Assembly (NCBI GenBank): GCA_000002435.2
Contig: CM018792.1
Origin: Giardia intestinalis
Lineage: Eukaryota
Length of the DNA stretch: 64,000 nt
Strand: one strand, 5' to 3'
Within the stretch, counting starts at the first letter, position 1; every line of letters starts with the position of its first letter. Below are positions 48,668 to 57,400 of the stretch, piece by piece. A model generated the notes under the pieces. The model made no database searches. It had not been told where the DNA came from and worked only from the letters and a program-made list of their open reading frames with translations. Both the position numbers and the translations under genes were made by a program.

Positions 48668-49901
48668 CCGGTGTAAACCCCTCCCACGCAACTCCGTGGC
48701 GCCTGCTTCGGTTCATCAGGCGCAAACTACTCGTGGCAAAGCCGGGTAGGCTGTTGAGCCGGTGCTTGCAAAGGAGGTCGAGGGTCTTGTCTACCGGGCG
48801 ACTCAGGGGCCGTTCCAGACGCTGCCAGCGGAGGCAGAGCACCTGGGTCTCGAGGCGCGCGGCGAGCGCTCGTCGCAGTCGGAGGTTTCGGTCTGCAAAT
48901 GCGCGGCGCAGACGGTCGAGCGTGGGGGCGGCGCTGCCGGCCATCATCTCGCCGACGATGCGACGGGTCTCGTCGAATGCAGAGCCCCCAGAGGCCGGGC
49001 GGCTGGGCACTCCGCGGTGCGTGGAGAGGCGGCAGATCCCCGGCGCACGCCCACCTCTGCCCGCAAGCGACCCGCGGGCCCGAGGAAGCACAGGCGCGGC
49101 CGAGGAGGGCTCAACCGCAGACGGCACCCCGTCGTCGTTGAGGTCTGCCACCAGGCGCTCGATGTTTGCAAACTCGAAGGCCTCCTCGACCGCCTTGCTG
49201 ACCCCAACGACGCTGAACTGCCGCTGACGGGCGTGTGTCCTCGAAGGCCCGACAGGCGCCGATGCCAGCGGGAGCAGGGGCGCTGCGGCGTAGAGCCCGA
49301 CGTTCTGGACCGCCTGGAGGTGCGTCACGTCGTCGTGCTCGTCGTCCGGGGAGACAACTGGGCGGGAAAAGTAGGGCGCGCCCTGTGCGTCTGCGGGCGA
49401 AAGCGTCCGAAGGCCCTTGACAAGGTCGTCGTTTGCGCGAAAGCGGTTCTTCACGGGGCGGAGGCGTAGGGGAATGCCCGAGCGGGGCCCCAGGACCCCG
49501 CCGATCCCTGCGATGTTCGTTGGATAGGCCGGCTCGAAGCCGACGAAGCTGGAGGCCTCCTCGCTCGCGAAGGCGGCGCACGGGTCTGTAGGGAGCGGGG
49601 CCATGCGAGTTGAGCCTATGTGCGACTCGCGGTCCTGGAGGTAGAGAAGGGGCGGCTGGCCCGCGTAGATCTGGGCTGCAGTCGCCTGCTCAAGAGACAC
49701 GGCGCTGCTGCGCGTCACAAGGGCTGCTCTGTGACGGGGCGTGGGGGCCCCGAGAGCGACCTCGAGGGCGGCGAGCCTCTGTTCGCGCACCGCAATCGCG
49801 GTCATTAGAGGCGCCTTCCGAGCCGAGAGCTCGTCGAGGCGGCGGCTGATGGCCCAGAGCTCCTGGATTGCCGCGCCAAGCAGGGTGCTCTCGGGGTCCA
49901 T
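48609..49901 (-). CDS. Hypothetical protein, about 431 aa, in the GC-rich island.
   Basis: The first ATG (MDPESTLLGAAIQELW) is at about 49901, preceded by cggaatttacaaATG and divergent from the ankyrin gene. Its 3' end overlaps the 47855..48667 gene by about 59 bp. Because of the GC-rich context, it may be a spurious open frame. Confidence 0.35.
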   Translation of the reverse strand: MDPESTLLGAAIQELWAISRRLDELSARKAPLMTAIAVREQRLAALEVALGAPTPRHRAALVTRSSAVSLEQATAAQIYAGQPPLLYLQDRESHIGSTRMAPLPTDPCAAFASEEASSFVGFEPAYPTNIAGIGGVLGPRSGIPLRLRPVKNRFRANDDLVKGLRTLSPADAQGAPYFSRPVVSPDDEHDDVTHLQAVQNVGLYAAAPLLPLASAPVGPSRTHARQRQFSVVGVSKAVEEAFEFANIERLVADLNDDGVPSAVEPSSAAPVLPRARGSLAGRGGRAPGICRLSTHRGVPSRPASGGSAFDETRRIVGEMMAGSAAPTLDRLRRAFADRNLRLRRALAARLETQVLCLRWQRLERPLSRPVDKTLDLLCKHRLNSLPGFATSSLRLMNRSRRHGVAWEGFTPVTGSSPGPGTPRQEAEVSL

Positions 49902-49955
49902 TGTAAATTCCGATCGCAAGTTCATGTGAAATTGCAGCCAACACAAAATTCCTGG

Positions 49956-52175
49956 ATGCCCGACGACTCGCAATACAAGCGAAACCTCGACGCCTGGTTT
50001 GAGGCGGCGCGGTCCGGAGAGATCAAGTTCACCGTTGTCCATTGCAAGCAGTACCAGGGGGCCGTGCTCCCGGACGGGCCCGGGCTCACGGCGCTACACC
50101 TTGCAGCCCAGGGCGGCCACACAGGCACGGTCAAGTACCTTCTCCCGTACGAGAAGGACATCCGGAGCGACACAGGCTGGACCGCCCTCATGTCGGCGGC
50201 CATGCACGGCCACGATGCGGCGGTCTCAGCCCTCGCGCCCTACCAGGCTGGGAGGCAGCTTTCCGCCGCGGCCTTCGGGTACCCAGCTGGTGCGACGGCC
50301 ATTGAGATCGCCGCCTCCCGCGGCCACCTCTCGACCACGAAGGCACTCCTGGCGTTCGACCAGGAGCGGCCGTACCTCGCCGAGCCCCTTCTCGCCGCCC
50401 TCGATCTGAACGAGCCGGCCCTGAGGGCCCACGTGGCCGCAGGCGCCCAGACCCGGGACTGCCTGGGCCGCACACCCCTCCACTATGCCGCCCTCTCTCC
50501 GCGAGACCCCACCGTCTCGGTAACGCTCCTCGCCGACCTCTACCGCGGAACACGGGATGCGTCGGGGAAGACGCCCCTCATGCTTGCCGCAGAGTTCGGG
50601 CGCGCAGACGCCGTCCGAGTGCTGATTGAAAGGACGCCCGAGGACGTCGGCGCGGCGATCCCCGACAACCCGAGCTGCGGCGACCACGAGGGCTCGACCG
50701 CCCTGATCCTCGCAGCAGACGCAGGCCACCTCGCGTGCGTGAAGCACCTCATCGACGCCGAAAATGCCCAGCCCAACAAGACCGGAACAACTGCGATGAT
50801 GTTCGCCGCACACCGGGGCTTCCTCGAGATTGTCGGGGCCCTCGCGCCCTTCGAGGCCAACCTCCAGAGCACGGCGCCTCTCGGCCACTCCCCCGGGAAG
50901 GCCACTGCGCTCCAGCACGCAGCCCTGGCCGGCCACGCGCCTATCGTCGGGCTCCTCGCTCCCCTCGAGCACGGGCTCCGGAACGATGCAGGCCAGTCTG
51001 CATACGACATCGCCGTCCAGCACGGCCACCGGCAATGCCAGGAGATTCTGCAGGTCTACGAGGACGAGGTCGAGCCGTGCATCGTCACCGCCCTCATCCT
51101 CGACAGCCGGAGCGAGGAGTTCAACCTGGTCACCGACAAGCCCCTTACCGAGGCGATCCAGCGCCTTGCAGATCTCCTCGGCGTGCGTGACTCGGACAGC
51201 TTCTTCCAGGCGATCGAGGACATCCTCTCCCAGGGAGATGCGATCCGCGAGCTTGAGAAGCTCCGGGTCGAGCTCCAGGTCGTGGCTCAGGAGCGCGATG
51301 ACCTTCGTGCAAAGGTGGACGAGCAGGCGGCGGCGATTCGCGAGATGAAGGGCCATCTGTACGACATGTCCGAGCTCGAGAAGAAGGTTGCCGCCGCAGA
51401 GGCGAGGTATGCAGAGAAGGTCCGCGACACCCAGGCGATGGAGGAGGAGGTCGAGGAGGTCAAGGCCGCCGCCCGCCAGGAAGTCGAGGCCGCGCGGGGC
51501 GAGGTCGAGCTCATGAATGCACACGTCCGCGAGCTCGAGAAGCACATCACAGACCTCCAGAACAGCGACGACTCCGTCCTGGGGCAGCTGATAACGGCCC
51601 AGGAGCGCGTCAAAGAGCTCGAGGGAGAGCTGGCCCGGGCCGAAGCCGCGGGAGGCAACGCGGCGCGCGAGCTGGACGAGACGCGCCGCGAGCTCGACGC
51701 CCTGAGCGCAGAGCACGAGGACGCAAAGAAGCTCCTCGAGGAGATGGAGGAGATGCAGCGCAACCTTCTCGGGATGCAGGAGGCGATGGAGCAGTTCGAG
51801 GCCGAGGGCATCACGGTCGAGCGCTACGCAGACCTTCGCGCAGAAGTCGAGGCCCTGCGCGAGCGGCTCTTCGACAAGTCGCGCAAGGTGACCGAGGCCA
51901 ACTCCGTGATTTCGATGTTGATCGACGACATGTGGATCTGCAACAAGCGTCTGAGCGACACGCTCAAGAAGGCCACCGAGTCCAGTAAGGCGCTTGAGGA
52001 CGGCGACGCAGGCCCGCGGGGCTCCCAGCACTTTGCGATGCCAGACCTCATCGACGAGATGTCGAACCTCATCCGCAGCGGCTCCCTCGGGCGGTCGGCG
52101 GTCGGGGGAGACCTGGGGCTCGGAGAGCTGGACCGCGAGGCCCACGCAGGGCCGGCGAGGTTCAGCTACCTGTAG
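49956..52175 (+). CDS. Ankyrin-repeat plus C-terminal coiled-coil protein (Giardia protein 21.1 / GASP-like architecture), about 739 aa.
   Basis: There are at least 7 ANK repeats (GWTALMSAAMHGHDAAVSAL; TPLHYAALS; KTPLMLAAEFGRADAVRVLIE; STALILAADAGHLACVKHLIDAE; TTAMMFAAHRGFLEIVGAL; TALQHAALAGHAPIVGLL). About 250 aa of coiled coil follows (ELQVVAQERDDLRAKVDEQ...). The track start 49926 is GTG and the first ATG is about 49956. Confidence 0.8.
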   Translation: MPDDSQYKRNLDAWFEAARSGEIKFTVVHCKQYQGAVLPDGPGLTALHLAAQGGHTGTVKYLLPYEKDIRSDTGWTALMSAAMHGHDAAVSALAPYQAGRQLSAAAFGYPAGATAIEIAASRGHLSTTKALLAFDQERPYLAEPLLAALDLNEPALRAHVAAGAQTRDCLGRTPLHYAALSPRDPTVSVTLLADLYRGTRDASGKTPLMLAAEFGRADAVRVLIERTPEDVGAAIPDNPSCGDHEGSTALILAADAGHLACVKHLIDAENAQPNKTGTTAMMFAAHRGFLEIVGALAPFEANLQSTAPLGHSPGKATALQHAALAGHAPIVGLLAPLEHGLRNDAGQSAYDIAVQHGHRQCQEILQVYEDEVEPCIVTALILDSRSEEFNLVTDKPLTEAIQRLADLLGVRDSDSFFQAIEDILSQGDAIRELEKLRVELQVVAQERDDLRAKVDEQAAAIREMKGHLYDMSELEKKVAAAEARYAEKVRDTQAMEEEVEEVKAAARQEVEAARGEVELMNAHVRELEKHITDLQNSDDSVLGQLITAQERVKELEGELARAEAAGGNAARELDETRRELDALSAEHEDAKKLLEEMEEMQRNLLGMQEAMEQFEAEGITVERYADLRAEVEALRERLFDKSRKVTEANSVISMLIDDMWICNKRLSDTLKKATESSKALEDGDAGPRGSQHFAMPDLIDEMSNLIRSGSLGRSAVGGDLGLGELDREAHAGPARFSYL

Positions 52176-52186
52176 TAAACCGTCGT

Positions 52187-52582
52187 TTACTGGGCGGGGA
52201 CCCCGTAGAGCTGGAGTCCGGTCGTGTAGGCGCCCGAGCCCCCGAAGTTCTCGAGGATCGTGTAGCGCACGAAGCGCGCCACGCGGGGGGACGGAAGGGT
52301 GCACAGGTGGTCTCCGCCCCGGTGCGGGAGGTCCATCTCGGCGAGGGGCTCGGGGCAGGCAGGGTCGGCCCCGCACGCAAAGGAGACGCGCCGGGGGTTC
52401 TGGCTGTTTTCACCGTGGAGGAAGATGCCCACGCGCGTGAGGCAGACCGGCTGGCCCATGTCGATGACGACGTGCTGGGGGAGGGGCGCGTAGACCGACG
52501 TGAACCAGCAGACCGAGGGATCCTGGCGCACAAGGTTCTGGACCCCCGAGTTGTGGTGGTACTGCGAGCTGAAGTCGACCAC
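52187..52582 (-). CDS. APC10/DOC-domain ORF lacking an ATG start.
   Basis: DFSSQYHHNSGVQNLVRQDPSVCWFTSVYAPLPQHVVIDMGQPVCLTRVGIF...NPRRVSFACGAD aligns to the DOC domain of APC10 ([37 protein letters not shown]...). The track start is GTG. The upstream in-frame extension has no ATG before a stop. No CAT occurs on the plus strand in 52583-52720. Confidence 0.45.
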   Translation of the reverse strand: MVDFSSQYHHNSGVQNLVRQDPSVCWFTSVYAPLPQHVVIDMGQPVCLTRVGIFLHGENSQNPRRVSFACGADPACPEPLAEMDLPHRGGDHLCTLPSPRVARFVRYTILENFGGSGAYTTGLQLYGVPAQ

Positions 52583-52942
52583 CCGCGCGCCGTTCTCGGC
52601 GACGCCGAAGTTGCGGGGAAGCAGAGCGCCCGCGCGATGATCTTTGCTTGACTCAGATAAATAGATATAGATATCTTATGAGTTGTCACTGGCAAATAAC
52701 CAGCACTCGATTAAAAACACGTGGACAGGACAGGGCACAAGTGAGCAGCCAAGGTAGATGTCATATTTATACTAATGGATTGTCCAAAAAGCTACTGTAA
52801 ACAATGCTAAAAAGCCCTAGTAAATAGTCGATTATAAGGTTACAGTAGTACAACCACAGAAGTAAATAATTAGTTATGGAGTGAAATGCATTCACAATTT
52901 GTGACGAATCTATAACGTTCCGCAAATATCTAACGCTTATGT

Positions 52943-53635
52943 CTATTCTTTTTCGATAGACATTGGAATTCTAAGATACACGTTTGTGCTCCAAGAAGGT
53001 AAAGTACGAAGGTCAATTGGAGATGGGAGCAGAGGCTTGCATTCAAATACACGTTGCTTTGAGCTAGGTCGCTTTATGTCAAACGAAAGAGACTCAATGC
53101 GTCGTGCACTCTCTTGAAGCTGTTCGCACCGACTCCACATGGCGTCTGTCGAGTAATCTGCTTGTTTGTCATTCATTGTTGTATATGGCTTGTAACTCAT
53201 CTCGGTAAGCTTTATGAATATACTCATAGCCACGGCACGGCGTTTTTCATCTTCCTTCTCTTGTTCAGATGGGACGTAGTTCTCCAGAATAGAGATGTCC
53301 TTGGACAGTCTCAAAGTCTGTATCTCATCTTGATGTTTTTGCAGTAGAGATGGACGCCTCTCGACCTGAGATTCAAGATTCTTAAGATTGCGTATTCGGC
53401 GCTCTTCTGCTTGCAGCTTTGTCTGTATTTCAATAGGGATCGTTCTATCCTGCGGAGCAATGAGAGTCGGGACAAAGAATGAACTTGAGGATGACGTGCG
53501 ACTTTCAAAGCGGATTGAGTTGAAGTCGGAGTTAGGATCTAGAAAGATCTCCAACGCTCCCAGAAGCCCATTGAGCTCATAGTAGAATTCAGACGTCATG
53601 GTTGTAGCTGATGGATTAAATTTTTGCCAGCCCAT
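52943..53635 (-). CDS. Hypothetical coiled-coil protein, about 230 aa.
   Basis: True ATG at 53635 (an alternative ATG, MTSEFYYEL, lies at about 53598, with the aaaaatttaat tract lying between it and the 53635 ATG). The central region is heptad-rich. Confidence 0.5.
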   Translation of the reverse strand: MGWQKFNPSATTMTSEFYYELNGLLGALEIFLDPNSDFNSIRFESRTSSSSSFFVPTLIAPQDRTIPIEIQTKLQAEERRIRNLKNLESQVERRPSLLQKHQDEIQTLRLSKDISILENYVPSEQEKEDEKRRAVAMSIFIKLTEMSYKPYTTMNDKQADYSTDAMWSRCEQLQESARRIESLSFDIKRPSSKQRVFECKPLLPSPIDLRTLPSWSTNVYLRIPMSIEKE

Positions 53636-53647
53636 CTACTCCCAGGT

Positions 53648-54400
53648 ATGCATGGAATCTGTTTCTTTGGGTCACCTGGCTCTGGGAAAACGACACTCTG
53701 CCATGCGCTGACACAATTACTCACCTGTATGGACTATGACTGTATTACTATTGATCTGGACCCCTCCTCTCTTGAAGAAGATTGCTACGATATATCTATT
53801 AAAGATTTAGTCACAGCTAATGAAGTTCAGGACTTGGAAGGTCTTGGACCCAATGGGGCTATCCTCTATAGTATGGAATTTCTCAAAGAGAATGTGCACT
53901 GGCTGAGCACACAAATCTCCACCTTAGCCGGTACGTCCCCCACGAAAAGGCAATTTCTTCTCATTGACTTTCCGGGACAAGTGGAATGCTACATGGCATA
54001 CGATACCATTGACTCTATCCTAACTCACTTGCTTGTTGACCACAAGCACAACCTTTGCGGCCTTCTGCTCACCGAGGCATTTAACCTGTTAAATCCCCGT
54101 TCTCTTCTCTCTGCGGGACTATCTATAGCTGCACAACAAGTTTCCTTGGGGATTCCTGTACTGGCAGTGGCATCCAAGGGTGACTTACTTAGTGCAGACC
54201 AGCAGGCATCACTCATTAAGTGCTTAGAAACGGGAATCATTAATGTGGTTTCTTCCTTGCATAGGGTCCGCTCTTTCCATCTAGCAATGGCAGAGTTTTT
54301 AGATGCCAATCTAAGTCTTCTCCCTCTCCCTGTCTCAGTAGATAATGAAGGAGCTCTTCAACTTCTTCTTCAGGAGGTTACCCGGATACTAGGCATGTGA
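53648..54400 (+). CDS. GPN-loop GTPase (GPN1/2/3 family).
   Basis: The P-loop is FFGSPGSGKTTLCHAL and the diagnostic loop is EGLGPNGAILYSMEFL (the GPN motif). The track start 53624 is TTG and the ATG (MHGICFFG) is at 53648. Confidence 0.85.
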   Translation: MHGICFFGSPGSGKTTLCHALTQLLTCMDYDCITIDLDPSSLEEDCYDISIKDLVTANEVQDLEGLGPNGAILYSMEFLKENVHWLSTQISTLAGTSPTKRQFLLIDFPGQVECYMAYDTIDSILTHLLVDHKHNLCGLLLTEAFNLLNPRSLLSAGLSIAAQQVSLGIPVLAVASKGDLLSADQQASLIKCLETGIINVVSSLHRVRSFHLAMAEFLDANLSLLPLPVSVDNEGALQLLLQEVTRILGM

Positions 54401-54476
54401 CAGGCAGTGGAGTAACTGTAAATCGGCAGAATGCTTTCTCACAATGCATGACTGATTTCCGAAATCCAAAAAACTG

Positions 54477-57400
54477 ATGGCTGAAACATGGTTTGCTGCA
54501 GCAAAGAAAGCGGACTATGGCACAATACGATCACTAGGTTCAAAGTATTTTAAAGTACACAATGAAAGCGATGATGGAAATACTGCATTACTTTACGCCA
54601 TCAGTTCTAGCAACATGCAACTAATTTCTTACCTAGCTCCTCACGAGGTTCGTGAAACTAATATATTCGGGTGGAATGCACTGATGTTTGCAGCGTATTT
54701 TGACAATCACGACGCTGTGAAGCTCTTCTTAAATGATGAAAAGGGGATGCAAACGCGGGAAGAGTACAAAGGAATCCCAGCAGGAGCAACAGCGCTTCTG
54801 ATAGCTGCTACCCGAGGACATGCGGGTTGTGTCTCCTTGCTATATCCTATGGAGCAATCCACTAGCGGCTGGAATGATCTTTTTCTCGCTGCGTTTACGC
54901 ACAATGCTGCTCTTGTGGCACGCACCATCTCCTTAGTTTCCACACGTGATGCTCTTGGACGCACAGCAATGATGTATTTAGTTATGTTTCCTCGGCACTC
55001 AACCCTTGTGCTTCTGGAGGAGTGCATAGGGTATTTGGCTCAAGCACAGCAAGGTGCCATAGATGCTTGCACTAAGACAGCACTGATGTATGCTGCAGAA
55101 AACAATAATGCAGACGCCGTACAGTTGCTGCTCCAATTAACCACCCTAGAGGCCAGAAAGCAGATGGAAACAAAAGATGAATATACTGCTCTAATGATAG
55201 CTGCTTCGAGAGGCTATAGTGACATAGTCTTGCAACTGCTTCCTAAGGAAGCAGGGATAGTGACTTCCAATGGGGTCACAGCACTTATGTTAGCTGTTCG
55301 CTACAATCAAATTGAGGCTGCACGCTTATTAAAGGACGCTGAAGCAGAATTTCAAACGTCTGGCCCGTTTGATGTCTTTTCTCCAGCAGCCACAGCCTTT
55401 AGTATTGCACAGTACTATCACCGGCAAGAGCTTCTTTCTCTGTTGGGAGCAGGGTCTTTGCAGTTAACAAATACAGAAGAGAACATCACCACTGAAGACT
55501 CAGCAAGGTTAGTTCAGTCTCCGAAGGGTGTAACTGCATCGAGTGCCCTGGCTTTTCAGCAAAAAAGCTACATGCAATCACCAACTACTGAGGATGCCCG
55601 AGTAGCGACAATGATTAGTCCTATTTTTAACAGCAATATCGATATTTCACGACCAACACCGACTAATCATTCCAAAGAAGAACCTCAAGATAACGATCAG
55701 CTGGTTCTCACTGATACGCAAACAGTTGCAATTTTATCGAATACAGAGGCACTAGAACGACTGAAGGAAACCAACCAAGACTTAGCTACACGCGTTTTCA
55801 CCATGCAGAGATCCATGCAGTTAGAGTCTATTGAGCAACAAAACACTATCGATAAACTAGACATAGAACTAAGCTTAACCCGGCAAAGACAGACCGAGTT
55901 GGAAAGTAAGCTGAAGTTGGCAGAAGAGAAAATCACCATGTACAAAGATTATTCACAGCAAGCATATAAGCACAACGAGTCTCTATCAAAGAAATACGCT
56001 GAATTAAAGGAGTCCCATGATTCCCTCGTCAAGGAGAATGCCCAGTTGTCCGATAGTTTGGCCTCACTGAAATCGGAAAAGGCCTCTCTTGAAACAGTGC
56101 ATAAGGATCTAGCTGTCTTGTTTGACGAGCTTCAGCGACAAATAAAGGCAGACAAAAGTGCAGCAGACTCTCATATAACTAAGTATTCCAACGAAGTTCT
56201 AGCTCTGCAGCAAGATCTCAGCGAAACGAAGCAGGCTCTTGCAGCAGCTCAAGCTGCAGCGCATAGCAAGGACCAAGTTGCAAGCTCAGTAACTGAAGAG
56301 CTCTCGCAACTGAAGCCTCGTTATCAGGATTTAACGAGAGAAATATCAGATTTAAGAGCTAAGTACGAAGAGGCGGTCACCCATAGTAATACTATACAAC
56401 AAGAAAACAACTTATTAAAAGATAACTTTGATAAAGCTACAAGTTCGCTGACCTCACTTAAAGAAGAAAACATATGTATGCAAAAGCGGCTGGCGGAAGC
56501 GGAGGCAATCAACGCTGAACTTCATACTACAGTGACCGATCTCAACAAGGCAAAAATTTCCCAGACCCTAGAGTGTGAAAAACTGAGCGAACAAACTGCG
56601 GGGATGGAGGACCAAGTGCAGGGCTTGCAGCACTCTCTCCATAAAGCAACCAGCGAAGTGGAGTCATTGAATAGTCGTCTAGCAGAGCAAACCCTTGAGT
56701 CTCAAAACTTACGCGCCAGTATTGATCAGCTCCAGAAGGATCTTGTTTCTTTAGCTAACGAAAAAGACATTTTACAAACTCAACTATGCGCAGACCAGGA
56801 GCGTCTTGCTATTACAAGATCAGAGCTTTCAGCTGCTCGTCAAAAGGCGCTTGCGTTAGAAGAAACTCTCGATGTGAGATCTTCAGACCACAAAACCCTT
56901 GAGGCTAATTTTCAACGTGTACAATCGCAGGTTGTGGAGCAAACAGAGCTTACCCAGAAAGCTGAATCTGCAAAGGCTGCACTTGAGATAAAGCTAGGTC
57001 TTATTGAACAACAGTTGCTGGAAACTCAACGCGGAGCCAACACCGGGCAGCATGACCTAGCAGCCTTGCGAAGTGAGCTTCAAATTGCAGCGAAGAAGAA
57101 CGAGTGTCTAGAGACTCGCACTGCTGAGCTGGAGACCGCTGCAGATAATCTAAGTAAGGAGAAGGCAACGTTGGTAGCTAAGCTGCAAGATATCACAGAA
57201 GAAAGGGAGTCCTTGAAAGAACAATTGAATGCCTTTTCTTTTCAGCTAGAGCAATTACAAAGTGATAAATCCGCTTTGGAGCATCAGGTCTCTGATCTGC
57301 TTGCTGTCATTTCCCAGGAACAAGAGACCCAGGTCTCCCTCAAGAAGCAGATCATCGAAGCGGGCAGGAGGTCAGCAGAACTTGATGAGGAAGTTCTCCG

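Noticed and set aside
50226-52376. 716-aa minus-strand ORF antisense to the ankyrin-coiled-coil gene.
   Set aside because: It lies entirely within 70% GC DNA where all six frames are open. Its Arg/Pro/Gly/Ala/Leu-rich low-complexity translation has no domain. The sense-strand gene has clear ANK repeats.
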